From the NCBI RefSeq assembly GCF_963931675.1, contig NZ_OZ007039.1, positions 1,771,806-1,835,805 on the forward strand: a DNA stretch of 64,000 nucleotides. Reading direction: 5' to 3'. A program made the position numbers and the translations under genes. The DNA is from an uncultured Alistipes sp. (GTDB lineage: Bacteria > Bacteroidota > Bacteroidia > Bacteroidales > Rikenellaceae). A model generated the notes under the pieces. It was given only the letters and a program-made list of their open reading frames with translations, made no database searches and was not told the origin of the DNA. Below, one piece after another: positions 19,189 to 29,164 of this stretch. Numbering within the stretch: the stretch's first letter is position 1; each line of letters begins with the position of its first letter.

Positions 19189-20431
19189 TAGTCAAGACTT
19201 GTTCTGACATTTTCTATACTATCGGGCAAAAAAAGTGTCCGATGCCATCTGCGAAGATACGCAACTATTCTCACTCTCACAACCTGGTGAGCCAATAACC
19301 TGCTCATCAGGTTGTATTTTCCCTGCATCCTGCAATTGATATCTCCTTGCCACCTCCATTCCTTCGAGGAAAGTCTGCATGGGTGTTTTCCCGAAACAGT
19401 ATTTCCCGGAGTGCGTCCTTTGCGTGTTATAGGAGTTCATCCAAGTGTCAAGGTCTGCCTGCAGTTGTTCTATCGAGGTGTATATCTTCTTCCTGAAAGC
19501 GATGGCGTAGAATTCGTTCTGGACAGTCCTGTTGAAGCGTTCACAGATGCCGTTTGTCTGCGGGCTCTTGGCCTTGATCTTGGAATGGTCTATGTCCTCG
19601 ATGGCCAGATACAGTTCGTATTCATGTGTTTCCCTGTTTCCGCAGTATTCGGTTCCCCTGTCCGTGAGCATCCTCATCAGTTTCAGGTCATGCTGCTCGA
19701 AGAACGGAACCACCCTGTCATTGAGCATGTCCGCCGCCACGAGCGCGTTCTTCCTGTCGTAAAGTTTGGCGAATCCGATTTTGGAATAGGTGTCGATGAC
19801 CGTCTGCTGGTAAATGTGCCCCACGCCTTTGATATACCCTACATAATAGGTGTCCTGCGCCACAAGGAAGCCTGGATAATAAGTCTCTATTTCCCCGTGT
19901 GCCTGTTTCTCCGCCTTGGCTTTTTCCAGCGCGGCCACCTGGTTCTCGTCAAGCACGATGCCTTCCTGCTCCACCTTGGTCGAAAGTGCCTTCAGGCGTT
20001 TCTGGAAGGTCTCCATGTCATGCCTGAGCCAGATGGAGCGCACTCCTCCGGGAGATACGAGTATGCCTTTCTTGCGCAGCTCGTTGGATACGCGTACTTG
20101 TCCCAAAGCCGGGTTGGCTATGGCCATCTGCACTACAGCCTGCTCTATGCGCTCCTCCACGCGGTTCTTTATCACCGGCTTTTTACGGGAAATCTCCTGC
20201 AGGGCCAGTTCTCCGCCCTGCTCGTACAGTTCCTTGAAACGATAAAAACTGTCACGGCTGTATCCCATAATCTTGCAGGCTCGTGACACGTTTCCCAACT
20301 GTTGGGACAGCTCAAGCAGTCCCAGTTTGTTCTTGATGACTTTTTCTGATGTGGTCATAACTTAATCTGCTTTTATGTTACAAATCTACTCTTTTTATGC
20401 GTAACTGTCAGATTAAGTCTTGACTAATTCA
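19184..20431 (-). mobile_element. IS481-family insertion sequence (1248 bp) with a 7-bp TSD CATTACC
   Basis: Terminal IRs TGTAATAGTCAAGACTTGTTCTGACA and TGAATTAGTCAAGACTTAATCTGACA (22/26 match). The direct repeat CATTACC lies at 19177-19183 and 20432-20438. Removing the IS and one TSD copy restores a continuous ...QQIHYLNLFMSRLLF... reading frame. Confidence 0.75.
19219..20358 (-). CDS. IS481-family transposase (HTH plus rve integrase core)
   Basis: rve-domain blocks [15 protein letters not shown] and YNTQRTHS, with an N-terminal HTH. Confidence 0.85.
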   Translation of the reverse strand: MTTSEKVIKNKLGLLELSQQLGNVSRACKIMGYSRDSFYRFKELYEQGGELALQEISRKKPVIKNRVEERIEQAVVQMAIANPALGQVRVSNELRKKGILVSPGGVRSIWLRHDMETFQKRLKALSTKVEQEGIVLDENQVAALEKAKAEKQAHGEIETYYPGFLVAQDTYYVGYIKGVGHIYQQTVIDTYSKIGFAKLYDRKNALVAADMLNDRVVPFFEQHDLKLMRMLTDRGTEYCGNRETHEYELYLAIEDIDHSKIKAKSPQTNGICERFNRTVQNEFYAIAFRKKIYTSIEQLQADLDTWMNSYNTQRTHSGKYCFGKTPMQTFLEGMEVARRYQLQDAGKIQPDEQVIGSPGCESENSCVSSQMASDTFFAR

Positions 20432-22597
20432 CATTACCTCAATCTCTTCATGTCCCGTCTGCTGTTCTGTTATTTTGCTGAGGATACAGGTCTGTTTCCT
20501 GAAGCAAACATGTTCTCCAACGCTCTGAAAACATGCACCAAGAGTGATGGCGGTGACCTTGCGCCTTTCATTGAGCAATTGTTCCTTGCCATGTCAACCA
20601 ATGATGAGGCGACCCGCAGCAACATGTCTGAAGCTGTCCGCCGGTTCCCATATGTCAATGGCGGACTGTTCAAGGAGCAGACGCCTATTCCTGTGTTGAG
20701 TTTCAGAACCCGTCTGCTGATGATTAAGTGTGGAGAATATGACTGGAAACAAATCAATCCAGACATCTTTGGATCCATGATTCAAGCTGTCATTGCTCCT
20801 GATATGCGTGCAGGCTTGGGCATTCATTATACCTCTGTCACCAACATCAAGAAGGTCATTCAGCCACTCTTTCTGGATGCTCTTGTTGATGAATACACCA
20901 GCAGCAAGGATAATCCCAAACGGCTGAATCAACTGCTTGTAAGACTGTCAAAAATCAAGTTCTTTGACCCTGCGTGCGGATCAGGAAATTTCCTGATTAT
21001 TGCTTATAAATCCATCCGTGAGTTGGAAATACGCATCTGGGACCGATTGCGAGAGCTGGCATCTGGTCAGGGTATCATGCCCTTCTCCAATATCAAGCTG
21101 ACGCAGTTCTATGGAATAGAGATAGACGAATATGCCTGTGACACGGCACGACTGTCACTTTGGCTGGCAGAGCATCAGATGAACAACCGCTTTTATGAGG
21201 AGTTCGGTTCACGACCAAACCCGCTCCCTCTGCACCAGAGTGGCAATATTGTTTGTGGTAATGCCTGCCGTATGGACTGGGAGCAGGTGTGCCCACACTT
21301 CGCTGATGAAGAGGTCTATGTGATGGGCAATCCGCCGTACCTGGGGAGCAGCTTGCAGAGTGATGAACAAAAGGCAGATATGGAACATGTCTTTTACCCT
21401 CACAAAGGATGGAAGAATCTGGACTATATCGCGTGCTGGTTTTATAAAGCCGCTCAATATATAAAAGGAGAGAACGCTTGCTATGCTTTTGTCTCCACCA
21501 ACTCCATTTGTCAAGGTGAGCAAGTTGAACTTTTGTGGAAGCACATTCTTAACGACGAGCTTGAAATCAAGTTTGCCTACACCTCATTCAAATGGAAGAA
21601 TAACGCCAAAAGTAACGCGGGTGTCACTTGTGCGATTATTGGTGTTGCCAATAAGAAAATGATTAAGAGTAAAACAATTTACTCTGAAAATACAGCCAAA
21701 ACTGTCTCAAATATCAATGCCTATCTTTTAGAGGGGGAAAACATATATGTATCTAAAAGATATTCACCAATGGCAATATTCCCGTCAATGAATTATGGCA
21801 GCAAACCTGTTGATGATGGGAATCTAATATTATCCCCTCAAGAAAAAGAAGACTTCTGCACAAAATATCCTCAATACGCAAATCTTATAAAGCCTCTAAA
21901 AGGAGCTAAAGAATTTATAAACGATTTAGATAGATTCTGTTTTTGGATAGATGACAATCAATTATCTTTTGCTTTAAACAATCCTGAAATAGCAGAACGG
22001 ATTGAACGAACTCGTACCTTTCGGTTAAAAAGTCCTGATGCAGGAGCCCGGGAATTAGCCAAACGTCCATATCAATTCCGGGAGTATTTCAATATAGAGA
22101 GTAATGCTATTATTATTCCTGCGCACTCTTCAGAAAATCGGGATTACATACCTATTGGCTATTTTGAAAAAAACGAACAGGTTGTTATTCCTAATTCCGC
22201 CTTTGCCGTCTATGATGCGGAATTGTGGCTGTTTGGGGTGCTGACCTCCAAGATGCACAATATCTGGGTGCGGGCTGTGGGAGGAGCATTAGAAACACGG
22301 ATACGTTATTCTGCAACCTTGTGTTACAATACTTTCCCATTTCCCAAGATTTCAGCAGAACAGAAAGAGGAGCTGACAGCTCTTGCAAGGGAAGTATTGG
22401 GGGTAAGAGCAGAGCATATAGAGATGACGTTGGGAGAGATGTACAATCCTGAAACAATGCCTGTGGACCTGCGTCTGGCGCATCAGGCGTTGGATGCAGC
22501 CATTGAGCGTTGTTACCGCCCTGAGCCCTTCCTTTCAGATGAGGAGCGATTGGAATACCTCTTCAAACTCTATGAACGAATGACAAAAAAGAAGTAA
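20432..22597 (+). pseudogene. C-terminal part (722 aa) of the MmeI-like Type IIL R-M enzyme: helical domain, gamma-class N6A methyltransferase, and TRD
   Basis: MmeI-family blocks LFMSRLLFCYFAEDTGLF, FPYVNGGLF, FFDPACGSGNFL (motif I) and VMGNPPYLG (motif IV). The ORF-track start uses TTG inside the IS end. Confidence 0.8.
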
Positions 22598-22599
22598 AG

Positions 22600-23436
22600 A
22601 TGTCCAAACAATGGTTTGCCGAACGTAACGGCTACAAGAAAGTAGATGACGTGCTTGTCAGAGAACGACTTACAGAGCCGTTCATGAATGGCATAGTCAA
22701 TATGTATATACAACTTTTTGAACAAATTAGGAAATTTAATGGCTCTGATAATTTATTTCTTGAGTTGGATAAATATATTCATGCTGAGTTATTAAAAAGG
22801 GATTTGTTCTCATACGAAGACCTGACTGCAATATTTAATTTACTAAGAGATAGACAATTAGCATGGTATGAGTTGTTTAGTCTTTTAGAGTGCTCTTGGC
22901 ATTTCTTTTTTTCTAACAGAGATTATGTATATGCAGGATACATTGATAAGGAGGCGAACCGAATCTTTGAAAGAGAAAATTATGCATATCGGATGAATCA
23001 TGATACAGGTGATATCATTGAGGTTACATCTGAAATGGAGATTGATTCTATCAATGAAGCGTTGCGTAATCCTGTTGACAGTGTAAGAACCCATATTGAA
23101 ACAGCCATTAAACATCTGTCTGCATCTCAAAAGGCTCCAGATTACAGAAATTCTGTCAAAGAATCTATCAGTGCCGTAGAGGCTTGTTGCAGAAATATTA
23201 CAGGAGAGACAACCCTTGATAAAGCAATTGCGAGATTGGAGGCTAAAGGCGTTGTTATTAACTCTGAAATGAAGAAAGGTTTTGCTAAATTGTATTATTA
23301 TACCAACGATGAAGCAACGGGAATACGCCATGCCTTGATGGATAATGGTAATGTTCCGACAAGCGATGAGGCTATCTATATGTTGGTTGTTTGTAGCGCT
23401 TTTGTCAACTACCTAACCAAGAAGAATATTCAATAA
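22600..23436 (+). CDS. AbiJ-NTD4-like protein with a C-terminal helical (possibly HEPN) domain
   Basis: The N-terminus MSKQWFAERNGYKK resembles the FSERxGY start of AbiJ N-terminal domain 4. It begins 3 nt after the R-M stop. A C-terminal HEPN assignment is tentative. Confidence 0.4.
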   Translation: MSKQWFAERNGYKKVDDVLVRERLTEPFMNGIVNMYIQLFEQIRKFNGSDNLFLELDKYIHAELLKRDLFSYEDLTAIFNLLRDRQLAWYELFSLLECSWHFFFSNRDYVYAGYIDKEANRIFERENYAYRMNHDTGDIIEVTSEMEIDSINEALRNPVDSVRTHIETAIKHLSASQKAPDYRNSVKESISAVEACCRNITGETTLDKAIARLEAKGVVINSEMKKGFAKLYYYTNDEATGIRHALMDNGNVPTSDEAIYMLVVCSAFVNYLTKKNIQ

Positions 23437-23437
23437 T

Positions 23438-24277
23438 ATGGCGGAACTGTATCACTATACAACAACAGCAAGTCTTCTTGGAATGTTAAAGGATTGTTCC
23501 GCAGAGGATCCTTATCTGACTATATGGGCAACACATTGTAATTATTTGAATGACAGAGCGGAGTTTTTACTGGGAGAAGAACTTTGTTGTAAAGCTATAT
23601 GTGAGTATGAGGAAGAACAGTGTATTCCTGAAAATGAACGGGTAAGAAGTATTGTAGAGGACTCTACAATAAAAGAATATAATAAAAAATCTTATGAAGT
23701 AGGATCTGCATTGCCCTCTCGCATCCATGAGGGTTATCCTTATTTATTCTCTCTTTCTCGGGCAAAAGATTCACTCCCCATGTGGGGATTATATGCCAAA
23801 GACGGTAATGGAATAGCTATTGTATTTGATGAGGAAGCACTCCAACAGGAATTTAGAGGGCAGGATTGTATTTATTGTCAAAAAGACAATACCTTACCCA
23901 TAAAAGCAACAATAGCAAAGTTGTATGTTGATAATATTCAGTTAAGCAAAGAGGCTAATCGTCTTACTACTATATTAATATTAAAATTAATATATAAGAA
24001 GGTTAGCTCTTATATCAAACACAAATCATTTGAGTTTGAGCAGGAGTTTAGGGTTGTTGCTACTGAATCTTCCCATATATTATTTAGAGAAAAAGCAGGT
24101 CTAATTGTTCCGTATGTTGAGCAAAAAATACCTGTAAAGTATATCAAGGGTATTATTGTAGGTCCTACGGCTGACTTTGACAGGATGAAAGAGGCTCTCT
24201 CTATCTTCTTAATAAATAAGAATATTAATGTCCGTAAAATAAATATTATTCAATCGGAAGTACCTTATAGGGGATAA
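23438..24277 (+). CDS. DUF2971 domain protein
   Basis: The blocks LYHYTTTASLLGMLKD...NYLNDRAEF, LPMWGLYAKDGNGIAIVF and EQEFRVV match the DUF2971 signature. There is a 1-nt gap to the upstream gene. Confidence 0.6.
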   Translation: MAELYHYTTTASLLGMLKDCSAEDPYLTIWATHCNYLNDRAEFLLGEELCCKAICEYEEEQCIPENERVRSIVEDSTIKEYNKKSYEVGSALPSRIHEGYPYLFSLSRAKDSLPMWGLYAKDGNGIAIVFDEEALQQEFRGQDCIYCQKDNTLPIKATIAKLYVDNIQLSKEANRLTTILILKLIYKKVSSYIKHKSFEFEQEFRVVATESSHILFREKAGLIVPYVEQKIPVKYIKGIIVGPTADFDRMKEALSIFLINKNINVRKINIIQSEVPYRG

Positions 24278-24281
24278 AATT

Positions 24282-26243
24282 ATGGAAAACCTTGTCAATA
24301 TATCCTACAACCAAACAGGGGCTTCAACGGATGTTGATGCCATGGGTATGCGTGAAATGCAGCGCATGGTCTATGAACAGCGCACCCGCAAGTACCTTCT
24401 TGTCAAGGCGCCGCCCGCATCTGGAAAAAGCCGTGCATTGATGTTTGTTGCTCTGGACAAGTTAGCCAATCAAGGGATCAAAAAGGTGATTGTTGCAGTG
24501 CCTGAAAAGACGATTGGCCGCTCGTTCAAAAGTACGGAACTCAAGCGCTTTGGATTCTTTGCAGACTGGCAGGTGGCAGACTACTTCAACCTGTGCAGCG
24601 GTAGTGATGACAGTCGCAAATCCGCCCGCTTCAAGGAGTTTCTTAGAAACAGTCCCAACAAGGTTCTTGTGTGCACCCATGCCACGCTGCGCAATGCCTT
24701 GAAAGAGGTGGAGAATGAGGAGCTGAACGACTGTTTCTTTGGGATTGATGAATTCCATCATGGTTCAGCAGATGCCTACAATGATTTGGGAGAACTGATC
24801 CGCCGGTTGATAACCTCTACATCTGCTCACATTATGGCTATGACGGGTTCCTACTTCCGTGGAGATCAGATTCCTATTCTCCGCCCAGAAGACGAGCAGC
24901 TATTCATGCCTTCTGTGAACTATGATTATTACAGACAGCTCAATGGCTACAAATACCTCAAAAGTCTGGGATTAGGTTATCAATTCTATCAAGGAAAATT
25001 CATTACGGCAATTCCTGAGGCTCTGGACACAACCAAGAAGACCTTGATTCACATCCCGCCTGTACAAGGCAGGGAATCCTATGCAAAGAAATATGACATT
25101 GTAGCTGACATTATTGCAGAGATTGGCGAGGTAGTGGATGAGGATGCAGAACACTTTATCAAACTGGTTCGCACGCCTGACGGCAGAATCCTCAAGGTGG
25201 GAGATCTGGTTGAGGATAATGTGGCACAACGCGCTGCACTGCAAAGCTATCTGCAACGGATGGATAGACGGGATGCTTTGGACATTCTGATTGCTTTGGG
25301 CACAGCAAAAGAGGGATTTGATTGGCAATGGTGTGAGGTGTGTCTAACTATTGGAATGCGTGCCTCCATGACTGAGGTCGTGCAGATTATTGGTCGTTGT
25401 ACAAGAGATTGTGAGGGAAAAACACATGCTCAGTTTATTAATCTTGTGCCTTGCCCTGATGCAGCACAGGAAGAGGTCAGCGTGGCTGTAAACAATATGT
25501 TGAAGGCAATAGCAGTCTCATTGCTCATGGAGCAGGTGATGGCTCCCAAGTGGGATTTCCGTACCAGACGAGATGATGACGAGCTGATCGCAGACAAAAA
25601 GAACAGAGTGCTTCATGTAGAAGGTTTGGCTGAGCCTACGGAACGTGCCAAATCCATTATTGAGAATGATATTACAGAGTTGAAAGCAACGGTTCTGTCA
25701 AGTGATATTTTGAAGCAGGCAATGGCAAATGATGCAATTGCAGAAGTTATCACACAAAGTTTGATTCCAAAGGTTATTCAAGAAAAATACCCAACTCTGA
25801 CGGAGGAGGAGGTAGAATGTGTACGTCAGCGGTTAGTTCTCTCTATGGCAACACAGGGAGCAGAGATAACGGTTGATGAACACGGGCGTGAGTTCATTAA
25901 CATTGCCAATAAATTCTGTGAGAAAGGTGTTGAACTGGATAAGTTGTCAATCAACTTAATTGATAGTATTAATCCATTCCAACGTGCTTATGAGATCATG
26001 GCAAGATCTCTTACACCTGAGGTTTTACGAGCCATTCAATTCAGTATTGAAGAACAGCGCTCTGATATGACCATTGAGGAGGCTGTACTTCTGCTGAAGA
26101 ATTATTTGCCCAAATACAAAGAGGAGCATAATGGAGCAATACCTTTACTAAGCGATACTGAACCATTGGCCAAAAGAATTGCCTTGGCTATTGATTTTGT
26201 AGCCAAAAAGAAACGTGAATACTTACGAACTGGCAAGCTATGA
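24282..26243 (+). CDS. SF2 helicase (DEAD/DEAH, ResIII-like) with a ~250-aa uncharacterised C-terminal region
   Basis: Motif I KAPPASGKS, Ia VAVPEKTIGRSF, II IDEFHH, III MTGSY, V ALGTAKEGFDWQ, VI QIIGRCTR. Confidence 0.75.
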   Translation: MENLVNISYNQTGASTDVDAMGMREMQRMVYEQRTRKYLLVKAPPASGKSRALMFVALDKLANQGIKKVIVAVPEKTIGRSFKSTELKRFGFFADWQVADYFNLCSGSDDSRKSARFKEFLRNSPNKVLVCTHATLRNALKEVENEELNDCFFGIDEFHHGSADAYNDLGELIRRLITSTSAHIMAMTGSYFRGDQIPILRPEDEQLFMPSVNYDYYRQLNGYKYLKSLGLGYQFYQGKFITAIPEALDTTKKTLIHIPPVQGRESYAKKYDIVADIIAEIGEVVDEDAEHFIKLVRTPDGRILKVGDLVEDNVAQRAALQSYLQRMDRRDALDILIALGTAKEGFDWQWCEVCLTIGMRASMTEVVQIIGRCTRDCEGKTHAQFINLVPCPDAAQEEVSVAVNNMLKAIAVSLLMEQVMAPKWDFRTRRDDDELIADKKNRVLHVEGLAEPTERAKSIIENDITELKATVLSSDILKQAMANDAIAEVITQSLIPKVIQEKYPTLTEEEVECVRQRLVLSMATQGAEITVDEHGREFINIANKFCEKGVELDKLSINLIDSINPFQRAYEIMARSLTPEVLRAIQFSIEEQRSDMTIEEAVLLLKNYLPKYKEEHNGAIPLLSDTEPLAKRIALAIDFVAKKKREYLRTGKL

Positions 26244-27385
26244 ATTGGGATGAAGAATTATTGAAACTCTTTGATACGGAAGAGTTTGCCGGAATAAAGG
26301 CCCCTACACGCAAGAAAACTTCCAGCAACCGGCTTGTTAACTCGTTTCTGGAGATCATATCCTTTGTTGAGGCAAACAACAGGGAACCTCAAACAGATGG
26401 ATCCATCAATGAGATGTCATTGGCAAGAACATTGGGATCAATCCGTAAGGATGAGCAGAAACGGGCTAAATGCCTGCCTTATGATTCTCTTGGCTTGCTT
26501 CAGGAAAAGGAAAAGACTATTGATGAGCAGTTGATAGAACTGTTCAATGATCCGTTATATAGCTCATCGTCTGAAGTTCAAGATATGTTTGAAATTCCAG
26601 ACTACATGAAGAAAGCAACCATAGGGCGTCCTGATTATATTGCACAACGTGTTGTTTGTGAGGATTTTGAAAATAAGTATGCAGGTGAATTCAAGGACGT
26701 TCATGCAAAGCTGAATGATGGACGCTATAAGTTGGTTAAGTTTAAGGATGAGCATCTCAAGACTGGAGCTTATTTTCTCGTGGACGGGATGCTTGTCCTT
26801 TTGGCTAAAATGGAAGGAGTCGCAAGAAAGAAAGACTACAAATTGGATGGCAGGACGCTATGCATTTATGAAAATGGTTTGCAATCAGATGTTCTACTTC
26901 AAAGTTTGGCAAAAGCAATCTACTCCGGTGGCTATTCTGTGAAGGATATGACGCTGACAGATGATGATCTTTTGAAAAAGGAATTCACTATTACCAAAAA
27001 CGATATACCAAGTGGCCATATCTATGTTTTGCGATCCAAATCAACCAACCCAGAGATAGCATCAATCAAAGATCTGTATAAGATTGGATTCACGACTCAA
27101 ACTGTTGAAGAACGTATTGCCAATGCTAAGAATGATGCAACCTATCTGTTTGCTGATGTGGAAATAGTGGCTTCATGGCAGGTGTTTAATATCAAAGCGG
27201 TGGCTTTTGAAAATTTGATTCACAAACTATTCAGCCATGTGCAATTGAAACTGTCTGCAGGAGATTCAAATCCAAAGGAGTGGTTCATAGTCCCTCTCTC
27301 GATTATTGAACAAGCTGTGAATTATATTATCAATGGTCAACCTATTGCTTATGATGCGCAGTTGAAAAAGATTGTGTTATTATAA
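26240..27385 (+). CDS. T5orf172 (GIY-YIG-like) domain protein
   Basis: The C-terminal block GHIYVLRSKSTNPEIASIKDLYKIGFTTQTVEERIANAK matches the T5orf172 signature. The start overlaps the helicase stop (ATGA). Confidence 0.55.
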   Translation: MNWDEELLKLFDTEEFAGIKAPTRKKTSSNRLVNSFLEIISFVEANNREPQTDGSINEMSLARTLGSIRKDEQKRAKCLPYDSLGLLQEKEKTIDEQLIELFNDPLYSSSSEVQDMFEIPDYMKKATIGRPDYIAQRVVCEDFENKYAGEFKDVHAKLNDGRYKLVKFKDEHLKTGAYFLVDGMLVLLAKMEGVARKKDYKLDGRTLCIYENGLQSDVLLQSLAKAIYSGGYSVKDMTLTDDDLLKKEFTITKNDIPSGHIYVLRSKSTNPEIASIKDLYKIGFTTQTVEERIANAKNDATYLFADVEIVASWQVFNIKAVAFENLIHKLFSHVQLKLSAGDSNPKEWFIVPLSIIEQAVNYIINGQPIAYDAQLKKIVLL

Positions 27386-27478
27386 AATAAAAAGATAACG
27401 TAGTACAAAAATATCTGCCATCAGAAATGGTGGCAGATATTATTTTAGCACAGTTGAGGATTTAGCACAATCTTAATT

Positions 27479-28765
27479 TTACTCTTGTTCTTCCAATGTC
27501 TCCAATTCTCGGGTAGCAAGCGTATCGAACTTAGCCATCTCCTTTGCTTTTGCCTCGTCTGTGATGCGGATGTAGGGTTTCATATCTTCGTATGAATCGT
27601 GCCCTGTCCATGCCATAACAGTTGTTGGTGGAATACCAATGGAAAGGGCAAGGCAGATAAATGTTTTGCGACCCGTATGGCTTGTGATGTATTCATATTT
27701 TGGCTTGGTCTCTTCCTTGCGTGATGCTCCTTCAAAGGAGATTTTGGTTACAGGAGTATCAATCTCACATAGCCTGCCTATTTCCTTCAAACATCTGTTC
27801 AGAACAGCATTGTGAACTCGTGGTAAGACAAACTCTTTGGCAAAAGGATTCTTCTTGTATTTCTTGATAATCTCTTTGCTGTATTTGTTGAGGTCGATTT
27901 TCACAGCATCGCTATCTTTCTGTGTGGTTATCTCAAGGTAGGTGTCGCGAACATCGACTTTCCTTAGTTTCATGACATCTGAGAATCTAAGAGATGTAAA
28001 TGCGGATAAGCAAAACCAGTCTCTATATAAATCAAGGTGTTTTAACTGTTTGGGAAACTTATAATTGTAAACCTTGAGCAACTCATCTCTTTCAAGGTAA
28101 ATGATGGTTCTTTTTGGTAACTTCAATTTTATTTTGAAGCCTGCGCAGTCTTGATGAATAGGGTAGTTGTTGTCTCTGCACCATTTGAAGAACGCTCCAA
28201 TATCCTGCCAACGTTTTGTGAATGTGGTGTTCTGTTTCCAATATTTCTGAAAGAACGCGACCATGGCAGTGAGTTTGGTGTTGGTTAGGTCTTCTATTTT
28301 CAGAGAAGAATCGAATGCTGTCAGTTTTGCCCGAATCGCATTATATTTCTTTTTAGTGTTGGCGCTCCATGTGTTAAGGGTTGCTCGATTTTTGGTAAAC
28401 TCATCAAAGTATGCCAATAGCGTTTTATCCTCATGCTTGACGGTGCCCAACGCTATCTTATATTCATTTTTGAGTTGTCCTTCAGAAGGATATTTGTTAT
28501 CCAAATCATACTTCCTGAATATGGCATTGACCGTGGAAATCTTATTTGCAATGCTGTCGTTTATTTCACGGAAGGTGTATCCTTGTCCGTTGACGGTGTT
28601 GCGCTTTGCTTCATATAGTTTGTCATCCCACTTTGATGCAGCTATGGTTAATCCCGTCTCAAGGTCAACCCTGCATTTGTTGAATGTAACGCGGATGATG
28701 ATGGACTGTTCTCCTGCCTTGTTGATACGGTGGTGCAACCGTGTTTTGATTCTGTAGGTTAGCAT
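27479..28765 (-). CDS. tyrosine site-specific integrase (CTnDOT-type, with N-terminal Arm DNA-binding domain)
   Basis: Arm block QSIIIRVTFNKCRVDLETGLTI. Catalytic blocks HTGRKTF and WTGHDSYEDMKPYIRI (the Tyr nucleophile). It is adjacent to the element's terminal repeat. Confidence 0.85.
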   Translation of the reverse strand: MLTYRIKTRLHHRINKAGEQSIIIRVTFNKCRVDLETGLTIAASKWDDKLYEAKRNTVNGQGYTFREINDSIANKISTVNAIFRKYDLDNKYPSEGQLKNEYKIALGTVKHEDKTLLAYFDEFTKNRATLNTWSANTKKKYNAIRAKLTAFDSSLKIEDLTNTKLTAMVAFFQKYWKQNTTFTKRWQDIGAFFKWCRDNNYPIHQDCAGFKIKLKLPKRTIIYLERDELLKVYNYKFPKQLKHLDLYRDWFCLSAFTSLRFSDVMKLRKVDVRDTYLEITTQKDSDAVKIDLNKYSKEIIKKYKKNPFAKEFVLPRVHNAVLNRCLKEIGRLCEIDTPVTKISFEGASRKEETKPKYEYITSHTGRKTFICLALSIGIPPTTVMAWTGHDSYEDMKPYIRITDEAKAKEMAKFDTLATRELETLEEQE

Positions 28766-28920
28766 GTGGATTACTCTTTGCCCCCAAATTTACCCCCATT
28801 TTTTGACAAATCAAAACAAACTACAAAAAACTATTAAGGATGGTCTTGTTTGTTAATTGTCTGTTAATCACAGTAATGCATGTATAAGAAAAACTAATAG
28901 AAATTAAAGAAAACTTCAAT

Positions 28921-28938
28921 CTGGAATCCCCTATCCAC
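28921..28938 (+). repeat. 18-bp duplicate of the tRNA-Glu 3' end (attR core of the integrative element)
   Basis: GAATCCCCTATCCACTAC is identical to 13019-13036. Confidence 0.65.
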
Positions 28939-29164
28939 TACAGGGAAACGATCGGTGACGGTCGTTTTTTTGTGAGCGATCGGAAACGGTCGCTTTTTTG
29001 GTGTGTACCTGTGCGAGACGGGGGTGTGGGGGCGTGTGAGGAGGGAGGGGCCGACAAGGACCCGGCTGGAAAATGCGGCGGCCGCCCTCGAAAAATGCGG
29101 CGGCCGCCTTTCCAAAGGCGGCCGTCGCGGCATTGGTTAGTTTAGGTTAAAGGTTGGTGGGGAT

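Larger units (their letters stand above)
13037..28938. mobile_element. tRNA-Glu-associated low-GC integrative element (~15.9 kb) carrying integrase, serine recombinase and defence cargo
   Basis: An 18-bp duplicate of the tRNA 3' end (GAATCCCCTATCCACTAC) lies at 28921-28938. A 27-bp imperfect direct repeat (TTGCCCCCATTTTTGCCCCCATTTTT / TTGCCCCCAAATTTACCCCCATTTTTT) sits just inside both ends. A tyrosine integrase is at the distal end. GC drops sharply relative to the flanks. Confidence 0.6.

Noticed and set aside
19312-20286. 324-aa + strand ORF inside the IS481 element
   Set aside because: It is antisense to the transposase gene, which has the unmistakable rve blocks. There are no domain signatures.
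18652-27385. BREX type 1 as an explanation for the MmeI-like (PglX-like) methyltransferase
   Set aside because: No BrxC-like ATPase, PglZ phosphatase or BrxL/Lon gene lies anywhere in the element. The gene length (~899 aa rejoined) and domain order fit a stand-alone MmeI-family enzyme.
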